From positions 864,001 through 928,000 of the forward strand of contig OY970325.1 of assembly GCA_963717145.1 (NCBI GenBank): a stretch of DNA of 64,000 nucleotides, given 5' to 3'. Below the pieces are notes generated by a model. It did no database searches. It worked only from the letters and a program-made list of their open reading frames with translations, and was not told the DNA's origin. The DNA is from an uncultured Armatimonadetes bacterium. Lineage in GTDB: Bacteria > Armatimonadota > UBA5829 > DTJY01. This document shows positions 29,089 through 38,764 of the stretch, piece by piece (the first letter of the stretch is position 1; every line of letters starts with the position of its first letter). The position numbers and the translations under genes were made by a program.

Positions 29089-30365
29089 CTACTCCTCTAT
29101 CGGGATCACGCGGTGCTCGACGCGGGACTGGTCCGCCGCGAAGCCGATGAGGTGGCCGTGGACCGAATCCTCGAGGCTCGTGGTCGAGATCGATGCCGGC
29201 TGACCTCGGAGCACGCGCACGAAGTCCGCGACCAGCCGATGATCGCCTCCGCCATGCCCGTCGCCCTTGACGTTCATGTCGATCCGCTCCTCGGAGTACT
29301 CGTGACCCTTACGCGCATCGGGATGCCGGACGACGAACGTGCCCTCGTCCATCACGCCCTGGATCTCTCCCTCCGTGCCGATGAGGTGGATCGACCGACA
29401 CGGGCGCGATGTGCCGCCGACCATGTTGTGCGAAGCCGTGCATCCGTCGGCGAACTCCACGATCACCGCCTGATGATCGACGACGTCGTTGTCGCAGGCC
29501 CAGACGCAGCGCCCATAGGGGTTGTCCTCCCGCAGCGATTGGAGCTTCCCCTCGATGTCGAGGCCGAGGTGCTCGACCGGCTGCCAGGCGTAGAACCCCC
29601 AGAGGCCCTGCTCGATGTAGTTCTTCCGGGCCGAGTAGGGACAGTCGGCTTCGATGGCGCAGTCGAGCAGGCAACGCGTCCCCGAGCCCGCCGGCGCGCG
29701 CTCCGGGCGGAAGTACGTGCGGCTGCCGAAGCTGCTCACGGCGAGTGGGGCGATGCCCGACACCATCCAGGTGAGGATGTCCATGTCGTGGCAGCACTTC
29801 GACATCAGCATCGACGTGCTCTCGGCCTCCCGACTCCATTTCCCGCGCACGAAGCCGATCGCCATGTGATGGTAGCTGACGTTCTCCTGGGTCTGGACGC
29901 TCAGCACCTGGCCGATCTCCCCGTCCGCGACCCTCTGCCTCACCGCCGCGTAGAACGGGGCGAACCGCAACACGTGGCAGATCATCACCTTGTTCCCATG
30001 CCTGCGAGCCGTGTCCCTGAGAAGCAGGACCTCCGCCGCCGTGGGTGCGATCGGCTTCTCGAGCAGGAGATCATACCCCTGCGCGAGGAGGGGCAGGGAG
30101 GTTTCGATGTGCTGGCGGTCCATCGTGCCGTTGATCGCGGCGTCCGCGAGCCGGGCTTCGATGCGAGTTCGTCGGCCGTCTCGAAGCATAACTCGTCCGG
30201 GATGCCGAACTCCTCGGCCGTCTGCTTCCGGCGGAACTCGTTCGGCTCGGCGACGGCGACGACCTTCAACTCATCGGGATGCTCGGTGCCGTAACGCCCG
30301 TAGCACACGCTCCGATGCCCGGCCCCGATGATGACTGCGGTGATTGGCTTGGATTGAGATGTCAT
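29089..30365 (-). CDS. Gfo/Idh/MocA oxidoreductase, one frameshift near 30160
   Basis: N-terminus MTSQSKPITAVIIGAGHRS in ORF 29985..30524; LLEKPI and SKCCHDMD in ORF 29089..30189; ATGA overlap with the upstream gene. Confidence 0.85.
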
Positions 30366-30871
30366 TGTCTGTTCTCCACGATCCTGTGATTCACCATACT
30401 CCTGAACGCGTCCACCTCTTCCGTTCCCGAAAACGCTCTCTTCGGGATCACCGAGTACATTGAGCGCCCATACACCAGGAGGAACACCCTGTCGGTCTCC
30501 ACCACCTTGCTGTAGTGCGACCAAGCGATCTCCGAGTCAATGGTTGGCGTCTTGAAGTGGATTCCCTTGTCGCCGAACTCGATCTCATAGCGCTCGCGGA
30601 ACTTAGGATTGGTGCGGAAGGCTATTCGCGCCTGCAACGGTCTTATAGAAAGCAGGTCGAACCATTCGATCACGGCCAAAGGAAATGGCAGGAACGCCCA
30701 CCACTGCGCGCCCGCCGCCGAGACAGACCATATTCCGAAAGCAAGCAGCAGACCAGCCACGATCTTGTTCACCTTCGAGGCAGATCCGGTAGCATCATAG
30801 GCGCGCACCGCATGTATCTGCTCGAGCAGGGTGGGCTCGTAACTAACTGCAATGACTCTGGTGTCTTCCAC
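30362..30871 (-). CDS. YcxB family membrane protein
   Basis: Two TM helices; SEIAWSHYSKVVETDRVFLL..VIPKRAF. Confidence 0.82.
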   Translation of the reverse strand: MEDTRVIAVSYEPTLLEQIHAVRAYDATGSASKVNKIVAGLLLAFGIWSVSAAGAQWWAFLPFPLAVIEWFDLLSIRPLQARIAFRTNPKFRERYEIEFGDKGIHFKTPTIDSEIAWSHYSKVVETDRVFLLVYGRSMYSVIPKRAFSGTEEVDAFRSMVNHRIVENRQ

Positions 30872-30886
30872 TGTCGGTCCTCCGAT

Positions 30887-30961
30887 CTACAGATGAACGA
30901 TCTCTCCGGTCTCGATGCTTTGGAGCGCGGCGAGGCTGACCCGGAGCGCGATGCGGCCGGA
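30887..30961 (-). pseudogene. Possible 3' remnant of a Gfo/Idh/MocA gene
   Basis: Reverse-strand translation SGRIALRVSLAALQSIETGEIVHL* resembles a typical Gfo/Idh/MocA C-terminus; no start codon or N-terminal part. Confidence 0.4.
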
Positions 30962-31087
30962 TGCACACGTTCAGGTCCATAACAGCTTCCAGTCCGCTTC
31001 GCCACAATCCGGGCGCAGTACCCGCCGGCCCTCGTGCGTTCACGCTCCGGTCACAAATAGGTCAAGGAAAAGCCTTTCTTCCTCGGC

Positions 31088-31297
31088 CTACACGCCGTGT
31101 AAGCCCTCCTACACCCCGTGTAGGCCGAGTTACACGGCGTGTAGGACGAGTTACACGGCGTGTAGGACGAGTTACACGGCGTGTAGGCCCTGTTGCACCC
31201 CGTGTGAGCCCTGTTGCACCCCGTGTGAGCCCTGTTGCACCCCGTCTGAGCCTTGTTGCACGGCGTGTAAGCCTCCTCACACGGCGTGTGAGCGCCA
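31088..31297. repeat. Tandem array of ten 21-bp units with palindromic core TACACG-N-CGTGTA
   Basis: Units start at 31088, 31109, ... 31277, e.g. ttacacggcgtgtaggacgag and ttgcaccccgtgtgagccctg. Confidence 0.93.
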
Positions 31298-31302
31298 TGT
31301 GA

Positions 31303-32079
31303 TCAAAGAGAGAACAGATCACTGAGGAACGCCGCATTCTCCCTCGCGGCCTGAGCGGGCGGGACGGCGGCGGTGTCCTGCTCGGCGATGACCCACATGC
31401 CGCCGGTGTTCCCCTTGATCCAGTCGGCCGCCTCCCGAAGCGGCGCGATCCCCGTGCCGAGGACGACGGTGTCGCACCCCGGGCCGTCGGTCGCGAAATC
31501 CTTGAAGTGGATCGCGTAGATCCGCTCCTTGATGCGGTCCAGGAACTGCGCGATGTGCCATCCGCCCTTCATCACCCAGCCGACGTCCGGGCAGAACCCG
31601 AGTTGGTGGCTTCCCTTCTCGATCAGCGCGTTGATGACGCGCGCATCGCCCGCGAACTCCCAGTCGTGATTGTGATAGAGCAGGCGCTTGCCCACTGATG
31701 CGCACTCCTGGGCGGCGGTATTCAGCGCGAGGAAGTCGCGGGCGAATTGCACATCGTCCTGGTATCGGAGCCCCGAGTAGATGAGGTACTGCGAGCCCAG
31801 CGCGGTCATGTACTCCAACGCGAGATCGAGTGTCCGCCGCTCCTCGTCGGCCTGTGCGGGGTCGAGCAGATTGCCCCCGGTGTGCAGGGCAACGAGCGCG
31901 AGCCCCCGTTCGTCGAGCATCCGCTTGATGTCCGCGGGCGGGTGATTCTTCACGTGCCGGAAGCCTATCTCGACACCGGCGAACCCGGCGGCTTTCACTT
32001 CATCGAAAACTCGGGGGAAATCCTTCGACTGCTCGTCTCCCCACGTGATCGTCTGACATGCGATTGCGAACTGGCTCAT
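31303..32079 (-). CDS. Sugar phosphate isomerase/epimerase (IolE-like TIM barrel)
   Basis: LLYHNHDWEF, CPDVGW, IHFKD, LGTG, AEQD. Confidence 0.88.
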   Translation of the reverse strand: MSQFAIACQTITWGDEQSKDFPRVFDEVKAAGFAGVEIGFRHVKNHPPADIKRMLDERGLALVALHTGGNLLDPAQADEERRTLDLALEYMTALGSQYLIYSGLRYQDDVQFARDFLALNTAAQECASVGKRLLYHNHDWEFAGDARVINALIEKGSHQLGFCPDVGWVMKGGWHIAQFLDRIKERIYAIHFKDFATDGPGCDTVVLGTGIAPLREAADWIKGNTGGMWVIAEQDTAAVPPAQAARENAAFLSDLFSL

Positions 32080-33668
32080 CTCTCATGCACCTCCACGCTT
32101 ACCTCATTATCAGTCACGCGCCGGAGGATTACCTCCGAGTCGCCGAACCGGTAGCGGATCTCGTCGGGGTGGCCGAGCATGCCCGCGATCTGCTCGTAGA
32201 CCTCGCGCACCTGGAAGTCGTCGGTCAGGACGAACTTCCCCTTGCCCTCGGTTAGCACCCTCACGCCCGAGTCCCAGTCGGAGAAGCCGTGCTTCTTCGC
32301 CAGCGGACCCCATGCCACGCAGACCGCACCCTCGTTCACGCATCGGCGGACCGCGTCCATCGTCGGCCCGCTGATCTGCGTCCCGGTGAGGAACAGGAGC
32401 GGGACTCCCTTGAGAAGATCATACCCGGCCTTGTGATCGTACACCACGACGCCGTTCAGCGGCACGAAGAACCGATGGAGGTCCGCCTGCACCGGGCGCG
32501 TCAGGTAGTTCGGCGATGCCCCCTCCGGGACCTGCTGGTATCCGTATGAAGCGGTCCATGCCTTGAAGTAGGAGAGCCCGTCGCGGCCCGTCTTGCCGTG
32601 AGTGAGAAGGTTCCAGATCCCGAACCAGGCCTCGGTGTCCGGATTGCTGTGCAGCTTCGGTGAGCCGAAGAGGTTGTCCGGGAAGGCCGCGCAGAATCGC
32701 TGTCCGTGGCAGGTGTCGTCGAACCGGATGATCGCCGCGTTGGGCTTCACGTCGCGGAACGTCCACTTGCGGGGATGGGCGGGGACGTATTCCCGGCAGA
32801 ACGACTTCAGGACCTCGCCGTGGGGGGTGAGCTTGCCGGTCGAGGAGTCGATCAGCGAGAACGGGATGCCCGCCTTCCCCGCCGGCTTGAGGTTGTAGCC
32901 CGCGCCTTCGATGTAGATCAGGTCCGCGCCGAGCCAGTACGCGAGCAGGAGGTTGCTCTTCATCTCCTCCGCCGTGTGGCCCGGAATCTGATCCCAGAAC
33001 CAGAGATCGCAGTCGGCCCAAAGCTCGGTCCCGTACTGCTTCGCCGCTCCCATGCCGATCGCGAGACTCACCGACGAGTAGAACTCCTTGCAGATCTTCG
33101 GGCAGACCGTGAACCCGGCTTCTCCGGCGAGATGGAGCATCACCGGCCAGACGTGGGTCGCGGTCACAGGCGCTCCGAGCGCGCCGAACTTCGATCGGAG
33201 CGCCTTGTACGCGCCGAGAGTTTCGGTGTAAGCCTGATCGAGCGTCTCGAACTTCCTGTAGTCGACGAGCCATGCGGGCGCGTAGTTGTTCATCAGCCGG
33301 CAGTGCTCCAACTCATCGAACACGACGCCCCTGAACCGGCTGCTCCCGCTCTCCTTCGCGGACCGGACGCACTCATCGGGCGGATCGATCATGTGGCATG
33401 CGATCGAGAAGTCGAGGTTGAGGCGCTGGCAGAGGCCGAGCATCGCCTTGTTGACCTCATCGGCGGGCAGATCGCCCGCGCTGGCGGAGGTGTTGACGTA
33501 GTAGTTGATGTAGCCGATCCCCATCTCGCGCAGGGAGTCCTCGACCGCCTGCGTCACGGGCACCTGGGTGGGCATCTCGATGCCGACCTTGAACCGGGGT
33601 GGGGCGGCGCTCGATGGGAGTGTCGCGATCAGGAGCGCGATGAGCACGATGCAGGTCATAGGTGTCAT
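32076..33668 (-). CDS. Secreted hypothetical protein (possible TIM-barrel glycosidase)
   Basis: Signal peptide; GVVFDELEH and LIYIEG acidic motifs; translationally coupled to neighbours. Confidence 0.7.
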   Translation of the reverse strand: MTPMTCIVLIALLIATLPSSAAPPRFKVGIEMPTQVPVTQAVEDSLREMGIGYINYYVNTSASAGDLPADEVNKAMLGLCQRLNLDFSIACHMIDPPDECVRSAKESGSSRFRGVVFDELEHCRLMNNYAPAWLVDYRKFETLDQAYTETLGAYKALRSKFGALGAPVTATHVWPVMLHLAGEAGFTVCPKICKEFYSSVSLAIGMGAAKQYGTELWADCDLWFWDQIPGHTAEEMKSNLLLAYWLGADLIYIEGAGYNLKPAGKAGIPFSLIDSSTGKLTPHGEVLKSFCREYVPAHPRKWTFRDVKPNAAIIRFDDTCHGQRFCAAFPDNLFGSPKLHSNPDTEAWFGIWNLLTHGKTGRDGLSYFKAWTASYGYQQVPEGASPNYLTRPVQADLHRFFVPLNGVVVYDHKAGYDLLKGVPLLFLTGTQISGPTMDAVRRCVNEGAVCVAWGPLAKKHGFSDWDSGVRVLTEGKGKFVLTDDFQVREVYEQIAGMLGHPDEIRYRFGDSEVILRRVTDNEVSVEVHER

Positions 33669-33675
33669 GGTGTCG

Positions 33676-35307
33676 TCATCTCCTCGGCTTGATGGTCAGA
33701 TCGGCGTGGGATACGTCGGTCAGGGTGCGCCAGACGTAGCCCTCTCCGGACGGGAGCCGGACTCCGAGCCTGGGGATCGTCTGCCCGGCTCGGAGTTTCA
33801 GGGTGAAATGCGCCTGGCCGTCGTTCATCTCGAACAGGATCTCCGCCCGCACGATGCCGCTCAGCGTCCTGATCGGCCAGTTCGTCGCCCGGACGCCTTT
33901 CCACGAGGGCGGGACTCGCGGGATGATTCTGACTCCCCCGCTGAGCGACGAATCATCGACCCCAAGCATCAGTCGGGCCGCCTTCAACGGCTCACTGACG
34001 TTCACCAGATTGAGGGGGCCGCATCCGCCCGACAGCCCGGTCTTGCCGATCGCGTCCGGCGACCAACTCTGCTCGCAGAAGTAGTACCGGCACAGTCGCC
34101 CGAAGCCGTAGTCGACGCCCTGGTTCTCGTAGGTGGACTTCGCGATCCACTCGGCGAGCTTGCCGGCCATGTCTATCTTATCGTAGAGGAGCATCATCTG
34201 CAGCGCGTAACCGTTCCCGTAGGCGCAGGATGAGTTGAGCCCGAGGCGGAGGACATCGAACTGCGTCCAGATGCCGTACCTCTCGAACTGCTCCCTCCGC
34301 AGCGGGACCGCGTACAGCTTGTCGAACGTTGCGAGGCAGTGGTCCGCGCCCGACCATTCCGATTCCAGGGGAAGCAGGCCGAGGGAGTCGGAGTACATGC
34401 ATGCGACTCCGTTCAGCCCGCCGAAGCCCTTGTTGATCTCGTGGTCGATGATCGCCGGATCGGGCTTGAGCGACTTCGGGTCGATGCACCAGATCCACGC
34501 GCCGTCCGTATCGACCAGGTACTTCGCCATGTTGTCGCGCAACTTGCGGGCGTCCCGGCGGTAGATCGCCGAGAGCTTCTTGTCCCCGGCCTGGTCCTCC
34601 ATCTGAGCCGCCGAGAGGAGGGCCAGCATCGAGAGGTTGTTCTGCACGACGTTGCACCACTCCCCAGGGATGCCGCATCCACCGCCGAACTCGCCCGTGC
34701 CCGCGAGGAGTGGGACCTGCTCCAGGCGCTTGTGGATGTATCGGACGGGCGAGGCGTCCTGATGGAGGAATTCGTATATCTTCGCCCTGAACGGATGCTC
34801 CTCGGGAAGTCGCTGCCAGAGGAGGACCATGCCGATGATGATTGAGGACGTGCCGTCGAGTTCCGCGCCCGACTTCTTGTCGCGCGGACCGAAGTACTCG
34901 GGGAACGAGAAGAAGCCCTCCGCGTTTCGGTCGACCTGCGTCATCAGGCAGTCGGCAGTCAGGCACGCGTGCTCGAAGTTCCCCCAGAGCGCCAACTCGC
35001 GCATGAACGTTCCGCCGTCGCGCGTCCAGAATGTGCCCGACCACCCCTGCGGGATGGGCGACGCGTGGAGGAATCCCGGCGGGTAGCCGCCGTTGGTGTC
35101 CGAGACGAAGTTTCGCTTCAGGACGCCCGAGTAGGAGCAGGCGATCTCCTTCGTGAAGAGGTCGGCCATCTCGGACCCGAAGAACTCGATCGAGCCGGGA
35201 CAATCGGCATCGAGATCGACCGGCAGCCCGGCCTTGACAGCGGCGATCATCACGAGAGAGAGTATTGCCGGCAGCAGGAGTGTTCTTGTTTTCATCCTAT
35301 ATAGCAT
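33676..35307 (-). CDS. Secreted six-hairpin glycosidase-like protein
   Basis: Signal peptide; FWTRDGG and ELDG motifs as in (alpha/alpha)6 GH families; beta-sandwich tail IIPRVPPSW. Confidence 0.65.
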   Translation of the reverse strand: MLYRMKTRTLLLPAILSLVMIAAVKAGLPVDLDADCPGSIEFFGSEMADLFTKEIACSYSGVLKRNFVSDTNGGYPPGFLHASPIPQGWSGTFWTRDGGTFMRELALWGNFEHACLTADCLMTQVDRNAEGFFSFPEYFGPRDKKSGAELDGTSSIIIGMVLLWQRLPEEHPFRAKIYEFLHQDASPVRYIHKRLEQVPLLAGTGEFGGGCGIPGEWCNVVQNNLSMLALLSAAQMEDQAGDKKLSAIYRRDARKLRDNMAKYLVDTDGAWIWCIDPKSLKPDPAIIDHEINKGFGGLNGVACMYSDSLGLLPLESEWSGADHCLATFDKLYAVPLRREQFERYGIWTQFDVLRLGLNSSCAYGNGYALQMMLLYDKIDMAGKLAEWIAKSTYENQGVDYGFGRLCRYYFCEQSWSPDAIGKTGLSGGCGPLNLVNVSEPLKAARLMLGVDDSSLSGGVRIIPRVPPSWKGVRATNWPIRTLSGIVRAEILFEMNDGQAHFTLKLRAGQTIPRLGVRLPSGEGYVWRTLTDVSHADLTIKPRR

Positions 35308-35439
35308 CTTGGCGGTCGAGGGTCATTCATCCTGCTGCGGAACTCGGTGAACATTTGCCGCGTATGATCGTCTAGAGCTGCAGAGGCCGGTCATCTCCCG
35401 ACGGCGTGACATTCGATGCAATACGGAGGAACATAAGAT

Positions 35440-36096
35440 ATGAAACTGAAGAGAATTGCGCTCCTGGTGGCGCTGATCGTTGGAGTCGCCTTCGCGGCGG
35501 CATATGCAGCGCCGGTAGCGAAGCAGAAGATGGCCGGACGACCGGGGCACTGCCTCGCATTCCTGAAGACCCTCAACCTGACCGACGACCAGAAGGCTCA
35601 GGGCAAGCAGATCTTCCAGGCCTCACGCGAGAAGATGAAGGCGCTCTGGACCGACAAGACTCTTACTCGCGAGCAGAAGGCGGCTCAGATGAAGGAGATT
35701 CGTCGGACCGGGCTGATGGAGTTCCGAGGGATTCTGAACCCGGATCAGCAGGCGAAATTCGACAAGGCGATCAAGAAGGCCGGGCAGCGCATCGGCGAGC
35801 GGCGAGGGGAGATTCGCTCGAAGCTGGCGATGGTCGCGAAGGCGTTGAACTTGACCGACGACCAGAAGGCGCAGATCAAGCAGATCGTGGCCGGGCACAA
35901 GGACGAGTTGAAGGCGCTCAAAGAGGACACGAAGCTCACCCGCGAGCAGAAGATGGCCCAGTTCAAGCAGATCCGCGAGTCGATCCGGACCGAGATCAGG
36001 GGCATTCTGACTCCCGATCAGCAGCAGAAGTTCGACCAGATCGTCTCGAAGATCGGCGAGCGGATGAGAGGGCGCAGGGTGCCCGCGAAGAAGTAG
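35440..36096 (+). CDS. Spy/CpxP-like LTXXQ-motif periplasmic protein (internally duplicated)
   Basis: Signal peptide; LNLTDDQKAQ twice, ILNPDQQAKFD / ILTPDQQQKFD. Confidence 0.88.
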   Translation: MKLKRIALLVALIVGVAFAAAYAAPVAKQKMAGRPGHCLAFLKTLNLTDDQKAQGKQIFQASREKMKALWTDKTLTREQKAAQMKEIRRTGLMEFRGILNPDQQAKFDKAIKKAGQRIGERRGEIRSKLAMVAKALNLTDDQKAQIKQIVAGHKDELKALKEDTKLTREQKMAQFKQIRESIRTEIRGILTPDQQQKFDQIVSKIGERMRGRRVPAKK

Positions 36097-36123
36097 ATCA
36101 TCATCCGACTGACACACACTCAA

Positions 36124-36154
36124 AGGCCCGAGGGACTCCTTCTCCCCCGGGCCT
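36124..36154. terminator. GC-rich hairpin between convergent genes
   Basis: aggcccgaggga..tcccccgggcct stem; poor U-tract. Confidence 0.5.
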
Positions 36155-36204
36155 CTGATCCATTAGCATTGCGTCAGCGTGACCTGTCCGAGCCACAACC
36201 GGGA

Positions 36205-38322
36205 TCAAGGTTCGTCCGGGTCTAGCTGGTTATCAAACACCTCTTCACTATCATCAGCGGTCTCTGCAGCTGCTATGGCCACAAGGGCGACACGACCGCT
36301 GCATCCTACATTGCAGGGGAACGGTGGCTCACAGGTAGCGTATAAGGTCCTGCCATCAAAGACGAACTTCATCTGCTTCCAAGGCACCGGCGCGGTCCCG
36401 GTGGCGCTTGCGATGGCAGCCCGTTGGTGATCCACCACAACCTGGGGTTCTGGATAGTCCAGACTTGCGCGGCCTGGCGTCACTGAAACCACCTTGCCAT
36501 GCAACAAGCACTGGGGCATGCTCTCAACAGTCCAGCTTGGTTTGTCCTCAAGCGGTTTTGATAGAAGCCTAAGAGCGTAGTCCCGCATCTCAGCCTTCAC
36601 CGGCTTGACCAGTCTCTCTTGGATCTCCGGGATACATCGCTTCGCTGGCCCGCGACTGAATGACGCCGCTACCTCATTGAAAGTGCGCTCAAGAAACTGC
36701 TCGAAGGCGAATAACTGAGAGGACAGTTCACTTCTTGACCTCGGTGATGACCGAAACGGGTCATCTCGCATCGTGCGGCGGTGCACTGACTGGCAATACG
36801 ACCTGGACACAGCTAAGGAGTCAATGTAGACGCGTCCTGCTGGGGTTATCTCCAGACCATCACTGCTTTCCTCGAGTAGTCCATGGCTCAGCAGCACAGT
36901 TATAGTAGCATCGATGTGTGTCTGCTGGATCTTATCAGGCCAACCCAAGAGGATGCCTTGGGCTACCTCAGCCCGTGGAACAGGTTGTTCGCGAACGTAG
37001 CCAAGGTAAGCAGGCATCAGGCAGAGCGGACGTAGCCATACGCCTAGAGCGCCCCCGTTGAAGCCGCTGAGGTTGCAGTCATACAGGTTGATGATGGATC
37101 CTCCACTGGGTCCCTGGCCTTCAGGTCTCTCTAGTTCGGTGTATCGCTCGTTCGTCCCGAGAACGAGTGGCATGATCAGGTTCCGAACGGGCACTTTGGT
37201 GGGTTCAAGGCCAGAGATAGCACGCCTAATCAACTCCATCGGCAGGTGCCCGGATTTCAGCGTCGTCACGATATGCGACAACGCAGCCGTCCGACTTGTC
37301 TCATTGGACAATCTAGTAACCAGATCCAGAAAGCTCATCGGGGGCGAGTCGGGGACAGCCCGGAACTTATCCTGCATAACTAACAGCAGGTGACGCAGCA
37401 CAGCTGTGAAGTCCTTGACGGGCCATACAATGGTTGGGCTGATGCGTATCTGTATGTGAGAAAACAGATCATCCATTTCCCCGTTATCCGCCAGGTAGGA
37501 AATCCGTTGATGCATAATATCGGCCAACGTAGCAGCTTGCTTATCGTGAAACGCGGGTAGAGGGCAGAAGTGCTTCGGGTAATTCCTCTGAAGACACTCA
37601 CTCGTTTCCGGTCGGATACAGATGGCAATAGGACACGGATACTCTCGATGGAGCTCTTCCCTAAGTACTATGATGTTTCGCTGGTGTTCCTCGTCCGCTT
37701 GATCTACGTTGTCAATGAGAAGCAGAAAGTGCCGACCCTGGCTGCGGAGACCTTCAATCACCCCGCGCATGATCGCTGGCCGGTTCACATTGATGAGGGC
37801 AGCGTCCGGCACTCCTCCGGCACCGAGCATAGTAAAGCACGAGCAGAAGACTTGTATTCTGCCTGCCACGCTGGGGACCATCTGGGACAGGATATCGGCA
37901 TTGCTGCAGATGAATTGATCTATATGCTTATTGATCTTGTCACGCCAGTTGGATCCTCCGGTGTCGTACTCAACCAGAACCGCTACAGTGGAGTTACCAC
38001 TCTGCAATGATCGTTTGGTGAGAGCGAAATGCGAGAAATACTCGGTCTTCCCTACGCCGGGGTCACCGATCATAACTAGCATGCTAGGAGAGCCCTTTGC
38101 AGCGAAATCATCAAGACGCTTGTCCCAAAGCTCCTCGTCGGGTGTCGTAACGTAGCATGAGTCTGCGAAATCCTTGAACCTTGGTATCGCCTCTCCAGAC
38201 AGAGAGTGATACAGTCGCCCGAACAGATCGGTCAAATCAGTCGCTGCATACTCGTGTATCGGGCTGTAGAAGTTGGCTGTCTTGTCGCGACGGTCCCACC
38301 GCGCCCACATCTCCATTTCCAT
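36205..38322 (-). CDS. P-loop NTPase, STAND/AAA-like, with wHTH-like segment and unknown C-terminal domain
   Basis: Walker A GDPGVGKT, Walker B LLLIDNVDQ, IAICIRPE; ATITVLLSHGLLE..LEITPAGRVY; visibly lower GC than the flanks. Confidence 0.75.
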   Translation of the reverse strand: MEMEMWARWDRRDKTANFYSPIHEYAATDLTDLFGRLYHSLSGEAIPRFKDFADSCYVTTPDEELWDKRLDDFAAKGSPSMLVMIGDPGVGKTEYFSHFALTKRSLQSGNSTVAVLVEYDTGGSNWRDKINKHIDQFICSNADILSQMVPSVAGRIQVFCSCFTMLGAGGVPDAALINVNRPAIMRGVIEGLRSQGRHFLLLIDNVDQADEEHQRNIIVLREELHREYPCPIAICIRPETSECLQRNYPKHFCPLPAFHDKQAATLADIMHQRISYLADNGEMDDLFSHIQIRISPTIVWPVKDFTAVLRHLLLVMQDKFRAVPDSPPMSFLDLVTRLSNETSRTAALSHIVTTLKSGHLPMELIRRAISGLEPTKVPVRNLIMPLVLGTNERYTELERPEGQGPSGGSIINLYDCNLSGFNGGALGVWLRPLCLMPAYLGYVREQPVPRAEVAQGILLGWPDKIQQTHIDATITVLLSHGLLEESSDGLEITPAGRVYIDSLAVSRSYCQSVHRRTMRDDPFRSSPRSRSELSSQLFAFEQFLERTFNEVAASFSRGPAKRCIPEIQERLVKPVKAEMRDYALRLLSKPLEDKPSWTVESMPQCLLHGKVVSVTPGRASLDYPEPQVVVDHQRAAIASATGTAPVPWKQMKFVFDGRTLYATCEPPFPCNVGCSGRVALVAIAAAETADDSEEVFDNQLDPDEP

Positions 38323-38437
38323 GACGACCCTCCATGAATATGATCACCACTGGTCCGTGCCCCCTGCGTGGATCGCTGCAATGGCCGCCGACCTATGAGG
38401 GCGCACGCAGTGAGCTATCCTAACAAGGCCCTTCAAG

Positions 38438-38466
38438 AGTATAACCCGGACTTACCAATCTGTCAA
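38438..38466 (-). promoter_or_regulatory. Near-consensus sigma-70 promoter for the NTPase gene
   Basis: Minus strand TTGACA-17nt-TATACT, about 115 bp upstream of the ATG at 38322. Confidence 0.8.
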
Positions 38467-38584
38467 TAGGCAGGTTTGTCCCTCTGTGAGCCGATTGGGG
38501 CGGACAGGAGCATCCACGCGAGCGGGGTTTGACTCTAGTCTCGCACGTTCCGGTGGATCATGCTGTTCATCCTTCCATCGGCAT

Positions 38585-38758
38585 CGCACGTCGATCTCAT
38601 GCTTGCGAAGGGTTTCCAGGAAGCTTCGATGGTGTCCTGGATGTTGGCGAAGGCTCCTTCCCGTGTCTCGCCCTCGCTCACGCAGCCGGGAAGGGCAGGG
38701 CAGGTCACGACGTAGCCGCCCTCTTTGGCTGCCTCGATGCGTCAGTGATGGGTTCCAC
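38585..38758 (-). pseudogene. Degenerate HicB-family antitoxin
   Basis: Reverse translation IEAAKEGGYVVTCPALPGCVSEGETREGAFANIQDTIE..LETLRKH; the GGAG+GTG start is out of frame and there is a second frameshift. Confidence 0.7.
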
Positions 38759-38764
38759 CTCTCC

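Noticed and set aside
31088..31297. CRISPR array
   Set aside because: 21-bp period with no unique spacers and no cas genes in the window.
38585..38758. Functional HicAB toxin-antitoxin module
   Set aside because: The HicB-like sequence is frameshifted twice and no HicA ORF is recognisable.
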